From Terriglobia bacterium (lineage in GTDB: Bacteria; Acidobacteriota; UBA6911), in contig CAVTZY010000023.1 of the NCBI GenBank assembly GCA_963739235.1, positions 133,746 through 197,745 of the forward strand: a DNA stretch of 64,000 nucleotides, written 5' to 3'. Positions within the stretch are counted from its first letter, which is position 1. Every line of letters starts with the position of its first letter. Below, piece by piece: positions 54,576 to 64,000 of this stretch. The notes beneath the pieces are model-generated. The model worked only from the letters and a program-made list of their open reading frames with translations. It ran no database searches and was not told the DNA's origin. Made by a program: the position numbers and the translations under genes.

Positions 54576-55688
54576 ATGCAACGTACCATGGCTCTCATCG
54601 AACGCGACGTCCGGAAATTCCGGCGCAGCCCTACGCTTATTCTTACGACCATGTTCTTCCCGCTCGTTCAGCTGGTGGTGCTCGGGTATGCATTTGGCGG
54701 CAAGCTGAAAAATCTTCATGTGGGGGTTGTCGACCGGGACCAGCAGATGGAGACCGTGAAACTGCGCGAATTGTGCGGAGCCATCGCAGTGAATGCGCGC
54801 ACCTTCGATACCATCATGTACGCGGACGAGCAGCAGGCCATGACGGATCTGCGCAACGGCACCATCAGCGCGGTCCTCGAAATACCGCCGGACTTTTCGC
54901 GCCGGGTTTTGGCCAAGGAATGGCCACGGGTAGCCCTGATCGAAGACAATACGGATAATTTCGCCGTGGCGGCGCTCGAAGGGGCGTTTACGCAATTGCT
55001 CGGTACCTACAACCAGCGCGGATCCCCGCCGCGTGTACCGACGCAGGCCACGCTTTCCGTGGTAGAGGTCTACCCGTACGTCCCCTATATTCAGTACCTC
55101 TTATCGGGGACCATCACGCTGGCGATTTTTATTTCCGCCATGATCGGCGGCGGCATTATTTTTATCGACGACAAGGCCCGGGGCCTCCATGAAGGGTACC
55201 TCGTCACACCCGTGAGCAAGGTTGAACTCATCCTGGGATTCATCCTGTCCGGGGCGATCAAGGCGTTTCTCTCCGGCATCGTCTTGACCACGCTCGGATC
55301 CATCATTGCGGGAATTCCGAATCCCCTGGATCCGATTCGTCTCGCCAAGCTGCTGGTGGTCATCGTGATTTCGGCTCTGGCGCTGATCAGCATGATGTTT
55401 CTGTTGATGGTGCGGGTGAACGATCCGCTGGTGCCGCGCGCCACGATGGGGGTTCTGAACACGTTGCTTTACTTTCCTAGCGGCGCAGTCTATCCCGTCA
55501 ACGGCTTCCCGGACTGGATGCGAAAAATCTCGGCAGTGGATCCCTTCACTTACGCCGTGCACGCCTTCAAAGAGCTGCTGCTCAAGAATTCCGGGTTCGG
55601 CGCGATCGCCTACGACCTTGCCTTCCTGCTCGTGTTCACGATCATCATGATGACTCTCGCGACCCTGCTCTTCAAACGCAGTCTCTGA
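54576..55688 (+). CDS. ABC-2-type transporter permease
   Basis: 370 aa: one N-terminal TM helix, a large loop, then five or six C-terminal TM helices. Immediately follows the ATPase gene. Confidence 0.85.
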   Translation: MQRTMALIERDVRKFRRSPTLILTTMFFPLVQLVVLGYAFGGKLKNLHVGVVDRDQQMETVKLRELCGAIAVNARTFDTIMYADEQQAMTDLRNGTISAVLEIPPDFSRRVLAKEWPRVALIEDNTDNFAVAALEGAFTQLLGTYNQRGSPPRVPTQATLSVVEVYPYVPYIQYLLSGTITLAIFISAMIGGGIIFIDDKARGLHEGYLVTPVSKVELILGFILSGAIKAFLSGIVLTTLGSIIAGIPNPLDPIRLAKLLVVIVISALALISMMFLLMVRVNDPLVPRATMGVLNTLLYFPSGAVYPVNGFPDWMRKISAVDPFTYAVHAFKELLLKNSGFGAIAYDLAFLLVFTIIMMTLATLLFKRSL

Positions 55689-56556
55689 TCACTTGATACG
55701 GTAATACCTTATCGTGTGCGCGGGCGTGGTGTAGAGGAGCGAATGGAGGCGGTCGATGTGCTCGTCCAGCCAGGGTTGTCCGCCGGCTGCGCCGGCCAGG
55801 GAATCGTAGGCGGTCCCCTCCAACCAGAGCACCTGCCCATTGCGCGCGGCCTCCCGTCGCCGGTTCTCAACCTGATCCGTTTGCGGCGAGGGCAGGTTTA
55901 TCCAGGAAAGCTGAGGATTGAAATAGCTGCTGAGTCAAAAATCGGAGTGAGATGGAAGAATAAGCTGCCTTGTGATACAGGCCTGGGCGGAGAGAAAGAC
56001 CGCGCACGAGTTCAGCGACCAAATACTGTCCCCGCATCACCCTGGATCCTCGTTGTGCGAGATCATTTGGCCAGTTCATAGCTGACAAAAGCGAATCTCC
56101 TGCTGTCGGGCGATCAGCGCCAGTGCCGCAGATCCCACTTAGCCGGCGAAATTGGCGCACTCCGGTGGCCTGACACCGATTTTCCGGTTTTCTACTCTGC
56201 CAGCTGAAGGGAGAGGTTTGCAAAAAGCTGTATCTTGTGGTGTCGTTACGGGATTACAATGCAAAGGGGCAAGGCCAGCACTTCGAAGTTGACATATTGC
56301 TCCGGACGCTACCGGCCGGCGCCCATCGGGGCGTGGCCCAAGAAGTGCCGCGTGCCATGGAGTTCTTATCATCATCACCGCGCTGCAGCGCAGGCAAGAG
56401 CTTTGAAGTGCAGGTCGGGCCCGACCAGCCGCACTCGGGCGTGAATCAACAGCGCATCATGGAGTTCTTCATCAAGAATCTCGTCATGCATCCGGAGCGC
56501 TTGATCGCGCCGGGAAAAATGAAACGCTACGCTACGTCTATCTGCGAGGTGACACC

Positions 56557-59001
56557 ATGAAGCTATCGAAAATTTTGTGGGTTTGCGCCGCGATTGCCGC
56601 GGTGCCATTGGTCTTGACGCTGGGCGCGCAAACAGCCGGGAGTGATCACGAATCCCATCTCAAAGCCTACGTCACTCACAAGGCGATGACGTCCTCGTCG
56701 CCCTACAAGAATCTCGCGTGGTCGTATCTCGGTCCAACGAACGTGAGCGGGCGTGTGGCCAACGTCGTCGCCGCCGATCACGGCGCCTCCCGGCGTCTGT
56801 ACGCCGGCACATGCTGCGGCGGCGTGTGGAAGTCGGACGACCTCGGCCAGACCTGGCAGGTGGTGTTCGATCAGGCCGCGTCGACGAGCATCGGCGCGCT
56901 GGCCGTCGCGCCGTCGAATCCTGACATCGTCTGGGTCGGTACCGGCGAGTCGAACATTTTTCGCAGCTCGTACTCGGGCGTCGGCGTGTACAAGTCGGTC
57001 GACAATGCAAAGACGTGGCAGCAGATGGGGCTGACCGACACCGGTACGATCGGCCGCATCCTCGTCCATCCGGCGAATCCCGACATTGTCTACGTGGCCT
57101 CGGCCGGGCATGAGTGGACCGAGAACGACACGCGCGGCGTTTTCAAGACAACCGACGGCGGCAAGTCGTGGCAGAAGGCGCTCTCCATCAGCCGGAAGAC
57201 GGGCGTGAACGACATCGCCATGGACCCGAGCGATCCGAACACCCTTTATGCCGCGGCGTGGGAGCGGCAGCGGCGGCACTGGAACGATCCGCGCCCCGAG
57301 CCGGGCTTCAACGAGGGCGGCATCTTCAAGACGACGGATGCCGGCCGGACGTGGACGCGGCTCACGAATGGCCTGCCGCCGGCGCATGTCCTGGGCCGCA
57401 TAGGCGTTGCCGTCGCGCGGTCGAATCCGAATGTCGTCTACGCGTTCATTGACAACTACGAAATTGATACAAACGCGCCCGCTGGGGGGCGCAATCCGGC
57501 GGGCCGGGCCGGTCAGGGCGGCGTCATCAAGGGCAACGAGGTCTATCGCTCCGACAACAAAGGCGCGACGTGGCGGCTGGTTAGCGGGCAGGACGATGCG
57601 CAGCGCGCGTTCATGCGTGGCATGTCGGGCACCTACGCCTGGGTGTTCGGCAACATTCGCGTCGATCCGACCGATGAGAACAAGGTGTACGTGCTCGCGC
57701 TTTCAGTCAGCATGTCGACTGACGGCGGCAAGACGTTCGGGCCGATCATCCCGCCGCCTCCGCCGACGGCGGGCGGCGCGGCAGCGCGCGGCGCAGGTGG
57801 CGGCGGTGGCGGACGCGGTCCCGGAGGCGACAATCACGGCTTCTGGATCGATCCGAAAGATCCGAAGTTCATGTTGAGCGGCAACGACAGCGGCTTCCGC
57901 ATCACGACGGACGGCGGCGTCACATGGAATCACGCGCCGCTGCCGGTTAGCACGTGGTTCGACATCGCCTACGACATGGACACGCCGTTTCACATCGTCG
58001 GCTCCGTGCAGGATCACGGCAGCTATCGCGGCGTCGTCGATCTGCGTGGCGGCCGCAGCAATCTGCAGCCGGTCGTGTTTTCGAGCGAAGGCGGCGGCAT
58101 TGGCGGCGAGTACTGCGAGCACCAGATCGATCCGATCAATCCGAATATCATTTATTCCGAAAAGGTGACGCGCACCGACCTGAGCATTGCCGCTGCGCCG
58201 CGCGGCGCCGGCGCAGGCGGACAGGCAACAGGTCGCGAAACCGCCGCGCCGCAGCCGACGGGACCGCAGCGCACAAAGAACGTTCGGCCCCCGGTCGGGC
58301 CGGGTGACGATCCGCTGCGCATGCAGGTGCTCGCGCCGCTGCTTCTCTCGCCCTTTGACCACATTACGATCTATTTCGGCGCCCAGTACCTCTTCCGTTC
58401 CCACGATCGCGGCGACACGTGGGAAAAGCTGACGGGCGATTTGAGTGGCAACGACAAGACGCAGCTTGGCGACGTTCCCTACCAGGATGTTATTTCCATC
58501 TCCGAGTCCCCGAAGAAAAAAGGACTCGTCTACGCCGGCACCGACGACGGGCATCTGCACGTGACGATGGACGACGGCAAGACGTGGACGGACCTCACGT
58601 CGAAGCTGCTGCAGAAGAAATGGGTCGCGAAGATTCTCGCGTCGCAGTACAACGAGTCGACTGTGTATCTCGCGCAGCAGGGCCGCTATGACGATGACTT
58701 CGCGGTCTATCTGTACAAGTCAACGGACTACGGCAAGACGTGGAAGAGCATCGGCAACAATCTGCCGGGCGGTCCAATCAACATGATCCGCGAGGATCCG
58801 GTGAGCGCCAATGTGCTCTACACGTGCAACGACTTCGGCGTCTATGTGACGACGAACGGCGGTAAGAAGTGGGACGTGCTCGGCGGCGATCTGCCGTCGG
58901 TCAACGTCATGGACTTCGTCGTCCATCCGCGCGATCGCGTGCTCGTGGCGGCCACGCACGGCCGAGGCGTCTGGGCGATCGACGTGAGCGGCATCAAGTA
59001 A
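56557..59001 (+). CDS. secreted sortilin/VPS10-like BNR (Asp-box) repeat beta-propeller protein
   Basis: Signal peptide, then repeated S-x-D-x-G-x-T-W motifs (SDDLGQTW, SVDNAKTW, TTDGGKSW, TTDAGRTW, SDNKGATW, STDGGKTF, TTDGGVTW, SHDRGDTW, MDDGKTW, STDYGKTW, TTNGGKKW). Confidence 0.85.
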   Translation: MKLSKILWVCAAIAAVPLVLTLGAQTAGSDHESHLKAYVTHKAMTSSSPYKNLAWSYLGPTNVSGRVANVVAADHGASRRLYAGTCCGGVWKSDDLGQTWQVVFDQAASTSIGALAVAPSNPDIVWVGTGESNIFRSSYSGVGVYKSVDNAKTWQQMGLTDTGTIGRILVHPANPDIVYVASAGHEWTENDTRGVFKTTDGGKSWQKALSISRKTGVNDIAMDPSDPNTLYAAAWERQRRHWNDPRPEPGFNEGGIFKTTDAGRTWTRLTNGLPPAHVLGRIGVAVARSNPNVVYAFIDNYEIDTNAPAGGRNPAGRAGQGGVIKGNEVYRSDNKGATWRLVSGQDDAQRAFMRGMSGTYAWVFGNIRVDPTDENKVYVLALSVSMSTDGGKTFGPIIPPPPPTAGGAAARGAGGGGGGRGPGGDNHGFWIDPKDPKFMLSGNDSGFRITTDGGVTWNHAPLPVSTWFDIAYDMDTPFHIVGSVQDHGSYRGVVDLRGGRSNLQPVVFSSEGGGIGGEYCEHQIDPINPNIIYSEKVTRTDLSIAAAPRGAGAGGQATGRETAAPQPTGPQRTKNVRPPVGPGDDPLRMQVLAPLLLSPFDHITIYFGAQYLFRSHDRGDTWEKLTGDLSGNDKTQLGDVPYQDVISISESPKKKGLVYAGTDDGHLHVTMDDGKTWTDLTSKLLQKKWVAKILASQYNESTVYLAQQGRYDDDFAVYLYKSTDYGKTWKSIGNNLPGGPINMIREDPVSANVLYTCNDFGVYVTTNGGKKWDVLGGDLPSVNVMDFVVHPRDRVLVAATHGRGVWAIDVSGIK

Positions 59002-59075
59002 GGTCCGAAGGTTCGAGGGTTTGAGAACTGACCCTTCGAAGGTGTGAATAAGTCGGGGACTGTCCTGCGGAGAAT

Positions 59076-59112
59076 GTGGACACCCATGAAACGTGCAAAA
59101 ATGGGTGTCCAC
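59076..59112 (+). terminator. hairpin GTGGACACCCAT-N13-ATGGGTGTCCAC followed by a T-rich tract; copy 2 of the repeated element
   Basis: 12-bp perfect stem 75 nt after the BNR gene stop. Shares the core with 20346..20396 on the opposite strand. Confidence 0.45.
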
Positions 59113-59268
59113 GTTTCTTGCACGTTTCTGTCCGGTTTTCCTTGAACTCGCGCCGGGTCCACAAACAGACTCAAGGATGGCAGGCGCACGGCTGCCGCTC
59201 GAATTGACATCCGGTCACAAATCGTCTAATATGCAATCAAGATGCACATTAGACGATAAGGAACTGCC

Positions 59269-60492
59269 GTGTACTATCCGCGCACGCTGAGAGAATGCTG
59301 GACCGATGCCGGCAGGCAATTTCCGGTTTTGTTGCTGACCGGGCCACGGCAGGTCGGCAAGACCACTCTTCTCCAGCACATTTGTGAGAAGGGACGGCAA
59401 TACGTTACGCTTGATGACCCTTCGATTCGAACTCTGGCGCGGGAAGATCCGGCACTTTTTCTCCAGCGTTTCGAGCCGCCGGTGCTGATAGACGAGATTC
59501 AGTACGCCCCGCAGCTCTTGTCGCTGATTAAGATGTCAGTCGATTCCGAACGCCGGTTCGGAAGATTCTGGCTGACAGGCTCGCAGCAGTTTGAGATGAT
59601 GAGAGGGATCTCCGAAACTCTCGCCGGCCGCGTGGCAATTCTCAACCTCCTGGGATTCTCAGGGCGTGAGAGGCACAGGCTCGATCTGAGCCCTGCTCCA
59701 TTCCTGCCGATACAGAGTGACTTCAGCGCAAGGACGCAGGCCGCGGGGAATTCCAGCCTCAAAAGCATCTACAACGACATCTGGCTTGGTGCCTTTCCTG
59801 CCCTGATCGCAGGCCCTGTGAAAGACCGGGACCTGTTTTATAGCTCGTACCTCCAGACCTATCTTCAACGTGATGTTAGAGAGCTCACACAGGTGGGAAA
59901 CGAAGCGGCCTTCGTGCGTTTCCTGAGAGCCTGCGCGGCCCGGACCGGACAAATGCTGAACCTGACCGAGCTGGCCCGCGACGCTGACGTTGCCGTAAAC
60001 ACCGCGAAAAACTGGTTGTCGATCCTCCAGGCGAGCTTTCAGATTTTCCTGCTTCAACCCTTTCACACCAACCTGACGAAGCGACTGATCAAGACGCCGA
60101 AACTCTATTTCCTGGACACCGGTCTGTGTGCCTATCTTACCGAGTGGTCTTCGCCGGAAACTCTTGCTGTGGGCGCAATGTCGGGAGCGATTCTGGAGAC
60201 ATACGCACTGTGCGAGCTGCTCAAAAGCTGGTGGCACCGTGGCAAGAAGCCGCTACTCTACTATTATCGGGATAAGGATGGCAAAGAGATCGATTTTTTG
60301 CTGGTTCAGAACCAGGTTTTGTATCCGCTCGAAGTCAAGAAGTCCGCCATTCCAAAACGCGAATGGGTTAGGCACTTCTCGGCCTTGTCCCGGCTGAATC
60401 TGAAGGTTGGCGAAGGAGGCGTCCTGTGCCTGTGTAAGCAGGTGATGCCGTTGACCGAGACGGCGAACGCGATCCCAATCGGGGTCCTTTAG
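59269..60492 (+). CDS. AAA-type ATPase with a DUF4143-like C-terminal domain
   Basis: LLLTGPRQVGKTTLL (Walker A), VLIDEIQ (Walker B). Overall pattern matches the ATP-binding/DUF4143 family. GTG start. Confidence 0.8.
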   Translation: MYYPRTLRECWTDAGRQFPVLLLTGPRQVGKTTLLQHICEKGRQYVTLDDPSIRTLAREDPALFLQRFEPPVLIDEIQYAPQLLSLIKMSVDSERRFGRFWLTGSQQFEMMRGISETLAGRVAILNLLGFSGRERHRLDLSPAPFLPIQSDFSARTQAAGNSSLKSIYNDIWLGAFPALIAGPVKDRDLFYSSYLQTYLQRDVRELTQVGNEAAFVRFLRACAARTGQMLNLTELARDADVAVNTAKNWLSILQASFQIFLLQPFHTNLTKRLIKTPKLYFLDTGLCAYLTEWSSPETLAVGAMSGAILETYALCELLKSWWHRGKKPLLYYYRDKDGKEIDFLLVQNQVLYPLEVKKSAIPKREWVRHFSALSRLNLKVGEGGVLCLCKQVMPLTETANAIPIGVL

Positions 60493-60768
60493 GTAGCTCA
60501 CAATTGCATTTATCCGTCCTGATCGACAGCCGCCCCTGCAATCCTGTGCCTACCAAAAACTTGATCTGGAGTTCCCTGACCGTTCGGAGCGGGTTCGGAA
60601 TGCACACACAAATCATCAGAAGTTATGTGGAATTCTGCTGCATTGGGGAAAGGTTGGCGGCCTTGATACATTGACGGTCAATGTAATTGTCGCCCATCAG
60701 GCCTTCCTGCAGACGGCGCCGCACCAGGCGTAATATTTCAGGTGGCATATTCTTGAGGATGCCGGATT

Positions 60769-61781
60769 TCAAGCGGCTCTACGCTCATATCGATGATGAA
60801 GCCCGCCTACTTTGGGAAGCGCAAAGATCTTTCCCATCTCCGGCGGCTGCACGGCCCTGCCATCCGGAGAATCCTTCCTGAGCGAAAGGTGGCTTCGCGT
60901 ACTGTGGTAATAATCAAGATAAGAAACCAAATGGCGCCGGAGCGAAATCTCATTCAGGATGACGACATGGTCGAGGCATTCTCGGCGGATCGAGCCGATC
61001 AACCGTTCAACGTACGGGCTCTGCCAGGGAGATCGGAAAGCGGTGAGAACCTCGCTGATGTCCAAGCTTTTGACCAGCGCCCTAAATGCAGCACCATAGA
61101 TGCTGTCGCGGTCCCGGAGCAGGAACCGAGGGGCTTTGTCCCAAGGGAAGGCCTGCACGATTTGGGCTGCGGTCCACTCGGCGGTGGGATGCTCGGTGAC
61201 ATTGAAATGAACGATGCGCCGGCGATCATGAGCCAGAACAAGAAAAACGTACAGGATCCGGAAGGTAACAGTGGGTACCACGAAGAAGTCTACGGACACC
61301 AACTGATTGACGTGATTTTCGAGAAACGTCCGCCATGTCTGTGAAGGCGGTTTCTGATGATTTACCATATATTTCGTGACAGTAGCCTGGGACACCTCGA
61401 TTCCAAGCTTGAGCAACTCGCCGTGCAACCTTGGTGCGCCCCACAAGAAATTGGAAGCGCTCATGTTGCGAATCAGATCCCGGGTCTCCCAGTTTTTCCC
61501 TGACGGCTCTTCCACTTCCAAAAGAGTCGGAATCCTTTTCGATGCCAGGCGATGACGGTATCCGGCTTGACGAGCATGAGGCACTCGCGCCATTGAGGCC
61601 AGAAGCGGGAGAGAACGATCCACAAAACCCGATCTGATGTCCGAAGCCGGAGCCGTTTCTTATTGGTTCGTTGCAGGACAGCGAGCTGGTGGTGGAGAGC
61701 CAGGATTTCCATTTGCAGGGAGGCTCGCGTTCGCACCGTGGATGCAAGCCCGGCGAATATCGATTTCAACACATTGCACAT
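60769..61781 (-). pseudogene. integrase-core (rve) DDE transposase of the IS3/IS481 superfamily, frame-disrupted near 61480-61500
   Basis: ORF 61473..61781 (LQMEILALHHQLAVLQR...VKPDTVIAWHRKGFRLFWKWKSR) plus ORF 60769..61623 (FLWGAPRLHGELLKLG...VSVDFFVVPT...RDRDSIYG...SPWQSPYVERLIGSIRRECLDH). Confidence 0.75.
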
Positions 61782-61844
61782 GGCTCAGGACGGTATCAGC
61801 GAGAAGTTGCAAGATCAATGACTTGAATTGTTACGGGGTTTTTG

Positions 61845-61997
61845 CTAGGGACAATCGGCCCACGGCACCTTTTCGACCTTCACCCCACACCGCTTGCAGT
61901 TGACTCGCCCCATTGCGTAGGCGAAATAGATAGAAATGTTCCAAAGAGGCACGAACTCAAACATCCTAAGCTCCAAGGTGTCGTACCATGGTCTCGG
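61845..61997 (-). pseudogene. ISL3-family transposase N-terminal fragment
   Basis: Tail of ORF 61845..62285: ...FAYAMGRVNCKRCGVKVEKVPWA (zf-ISL3-like). Confidence 0.5.
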
Positions 61998-62019
61998 ACG
62001 GTCACATCCGGAGCAAATC

Positions 62020-62420
62020 GACTTGCTATTGGCGCGCGTAATGCTGGAACCGCCGCCGGCCGTTTCCGGCTCGATTTGGGCGAGGCGATCGAAATCGCGC
62101 GGATCAACACCTACTCCTGGCACCCCAACACCCGGGGACCGCAGGTTTACAAGGTGTATGCCGCGGACGGCACCGAACCTACATTCAATCCTGCGCCGGC
62201 CTTGACCCTCGATCCCTCGAGTTGCGGCTGGAAACTCATTGCCGGGGTGGACACTCGTCCGCGGCAAGGGTACGGCGGCGGTCAATACGGAGTGAGCTTA
62301 TCGGACTCCAGCGGATTACTGGGGAAGTACCGTTACCTGCTGTTCCATTGCATCGCGACTGAAATTGACGACGATTACGGCAACACGTTTTTCAGCGAAT
62401 TAGACGTTATGGCAAGATAG
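62020..62420 (+). pseudogene. C-terminal fragment of a discoidin/F5-8-type-C-like domain protein
   Basis: Tail of ORF 61842..62420: RFRLDLGEAIEIARINTYSWHPNTRGPQVYKVYAADG...[27 protein letters not shown]. Confidence 0.4.
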
Positions 62421-62427
62421 CGATCCA

Positions 62428-62580
62428 TTGAGCATGACGACCGAGCCACACAACTACGACGAAGACAAGATCAAGACGCTTTCCTCGCTGGAGCACATCC
62501 GCAAACGTACGGGGATGTACATCGGCCGGACCGGGGACGGGTCCGACTATGATGACGGCATTTACATCCTGCTGCAATTG
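62428..62580 (+). pseudogene. N-terminal fragment (~50 aa) of a type IIA topoisomerase B subunit (GyrB/ParE-like)
   Basis: [40 protein letters not shown], after which similarity ends. Confidence 0.5.
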
Positions 62581-62996
62581 GGTATGGGTGTGCCCGAAAG
62601 GCAGAGTGGAACGGCTAATCTGCCCTGCAATAAGGCTCAGGTGTGCAAAAAAACCGGATCCGGGAACACAGCTTGGCTATAAGATTCTGCTTAACCGGGG
62701 CCTATGCCACGAAGTTGACATACTGCTCTTTATCGGAAGCTGAGTTCGACCGGGAACCGGAGGATTCGGCTTGCAGCTTGTCCTTCCTATCCTTACCGAA
62801 TCGACATCGATCCGACTTCCTAAGCACACGGATCTGCCAAGTCAGTACTTGCGAGATATTGCATGTGATATGGCTGCAGCGTGCCCTAACGCCGAGGGTC
62901 AATCCGGGATCGCCGCATTGACCCCTATACGCAACTCGACACTCGCGATCAGCGGATCATCGCTTCCCGAATTCCAGTCTTAAGAGCAATCTTGCG

Positions 62997-63179
62997 CTAC
63001 AGCTTCTTAGGGGAGCAGAGATTCTCCGCTTTCGCTGCAGCACGCCCGCACTCGCTACAAATGTATTTTGGATCCTTGACCAGGGGCGCAAGAGCCTTCA
63101 GATCGATCCTGCCGGGGCAGCATGTCATCGCACAGAGCTTGTCGTCGTGCGGGCCTTCGTGACTTTTGTGAACAGCCAT
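62997..63179 (-). CDS. small Cys-rich hypothetical protein (60 aa)
   Basis: CAMTCCPGR...YICSECGRAAAKAENLCSP. ORF only. Confidence 0.35.
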   Translation of the reverse strand: MAVHKSHEGPHDDKLCAMTCCPGRIDLKALAPLVKDPKYICSECGRAAAKAENLCSPKKL

Positions 63180-64000
63180 GGTAGCGTCTCCTTGAATAGA
63201 GTTGTCTGTAAATGTAAATCATTCGGCGCCAGTCTGGCGCCTTCGCCAAATACATCCCGGATGGGGCGCAAATTCGCATACTCCAGCCCGGCTTCCCGGC
63301 CCTTGTATTCCCGGAGAAAATCCTGTTTGAAAGATTCGAGCAGGCCATAACGATCGAGGATCGTGCTCAGTACATTGAGGTGATCGATTCTCTCGTCATA
63401 AAGCCCCGGTGCCACCCTTCCATCCGGTCCGAAAAAGATCGTGGTAATGGGTTTGATGCCCATCCGGTAGTCGCCTTCTTTGGGATCGTCTGCAGCTCCA
63501 TCTTCGTCGAAGGTGATGATAAGCAGACTGTTATGGACTTTAGCCCAATCTGAGTAGGGCTGGATATTTGCCATTAGCCAGGCATCGCCCTGCGCCTGGC
63601 TGGCACTGTGCAGATCATTCTGTTCGTTCGGTACGACGATCGATACGGTCGGAAGCTGATCGTATCCGATCTTGTTTCCGCCTGCGTCGACGGCGAAGCC
63701 GCGATAGCTTTTACCGTCGGTAGGATCTTTGGTATTCAGGAATGCCAGGTTTGTTTCCACGGGAAGGAAAAACTTCCGTTTTGCGGCCGGCATCTGTTTC
63801 CCCGAAAAATTGATCCAGTTGATGACGGGATTGTGCTTCCGCCTGTAAGGATCCTGATTCGTCGCCGGATTCTCCGCAGCTTCGTAATGCGGATGAGGGA
63901 GCGACTCTGAAAACGAAGCGAAGGTCCTTCCACTATTGATGATTGCAGCCCCGAGATTCGGGGTCATCAGGGGCAGCCAGTCAGCAGGAATCGGATTGTT
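63125..64000 (-). CDS. phosphoesterase-family protein (acid phosphatase / phospholipase C-like); 5' end beyond the right window edge
   Basis: ORF 63125..63967 stays open upstream to base 64000 (NNPIPADWLPLMTPN...). PTVSIVVPNEQNDLHS and HNSLLIITFDEDG resemble the PF04185-type family. Confidence 0.6.
   Translation of the reverse strand, partial: NNPIPADWLPLMTPNLGAAIINSGRTFASFSESLPHPHYEAAENPATNQDPYRRKHNPVINWINFSGKQMPAAKRKFFLPVETNLAFLNTKDPTDGKSYRGFAVDAGGNKIGYDQLPTVSIVVPNEQNDLHSASQAQGDAWLMANIQPYSDWAKVHNSLLIITFDEDGAADDPKEGDYRMGIKPITTIFFGPDGRVAPGLYDERIDHLNVLSTILDRYGLLESFKQDFLREYKGREAGLEYANLRPIRDVFGEGARLAPNDLHLQTTLFKETLPWLFTKVTKARTTTSSVR

Noticed and set aside
55689-55934. 81-codon open frame on the minus strand ending ...PWLDEHIDRLHSLLYTTPAHTIRYYRIK*, abutting the ABC-2 permease stop
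   Set aside because: It looks protein-like but has no plausible start (the longest start-bearing version is 47 aa) and no recognisable family. It is probably a C-terminal gene remnant and is too weak to annotate.
57740-57835. Pro/Gly/Ala low-complexity stretch (PPPPPTAGGAAARGAGGGGGGRGPGG) inside the BNR protein
   Set aside because: It is in-frame and flanked by normal propeller blades. It most likely encodes a disordered loop and not a separate feature.
56563-58560. Long minus-strand ORFs (274 and 285 aa) inside the BNR gene
   Set aside because: These are Arg-rich antisense shadows. The plus strand shows eleven Asp-box repeats.
1-64000. CRISPR arrays, rRNA genes, reverse transcriptases, Cas, TnpB or Argonaute genes
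   Set aside because: I scanned both strands by eye and found no regularly spaced direct repeats and none of the characteristic motifs. The repeats present are IS copies, inverted repeats and hairpins described above.

Overview
High-GC (visually about 55-60%) bacterial chromosome segment. The taxon is probably Acidobacteriota. That is an inference from two ADOP/MacB-type duplicated permeases (one paired with PadR), a sortilin/BNR protein and a sigma54 two-component operon. Core-looking genes sit at the left edge (acyl-CoA synthetase, acpS, permease; 1-4608) and on the right (sigma54 regulator/kinase/Omp85 operon, TetR-HlyD-ABC efflux operon, BNR protein; 46235-59001). Between them lies a roughly 41-kb accessory stretch full of mobile DNA:
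- an intact ISAzo13-family IS
- a 2.9-kb IS with a two-ORF DDE transposase
- a decayed IS21-type istA/istB pair
- four IS91-family (HUH, rolling-circle) copies or fragments
- IS630 and relaxase remnants (ISL3 and rve-integrase remnants lie further right, at 60.8-62.0 kb)
- HicAB toxin-antitoxin genes and many truncated genes.

Candidates for something new:
1. A divergent WYL regulator next to a tightly coupled operon of a ClpP-like protease, a tandem AAA+ ATPase and a DUF2779 nuclease/exonuclease (6975-12471).
2. An adjacent AT-rich three-gene cassette led by an HTH-PD-(D/E)XK protein (5034-6960).
3. A 937-aa fusion of a TM0106/RecB-like nuclease to an IS66-type transposase (31404-34217).
4. 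Two unrelated transposases that share an N-terminal OrfA domain and an in-phase A_AAA_AAA slippery site at the OrfA/OrfB junction.
5. An IS-flanked six-gene module of unknown function (14792-20431).

No rRNA, tRNA or CRISPR array was found. Many genes carry single-nucleotide frame breaks. I cannot tell real pseudogenes from assembly indels using sequence alone. All family names come from motif recognition by eye; no database search was run.
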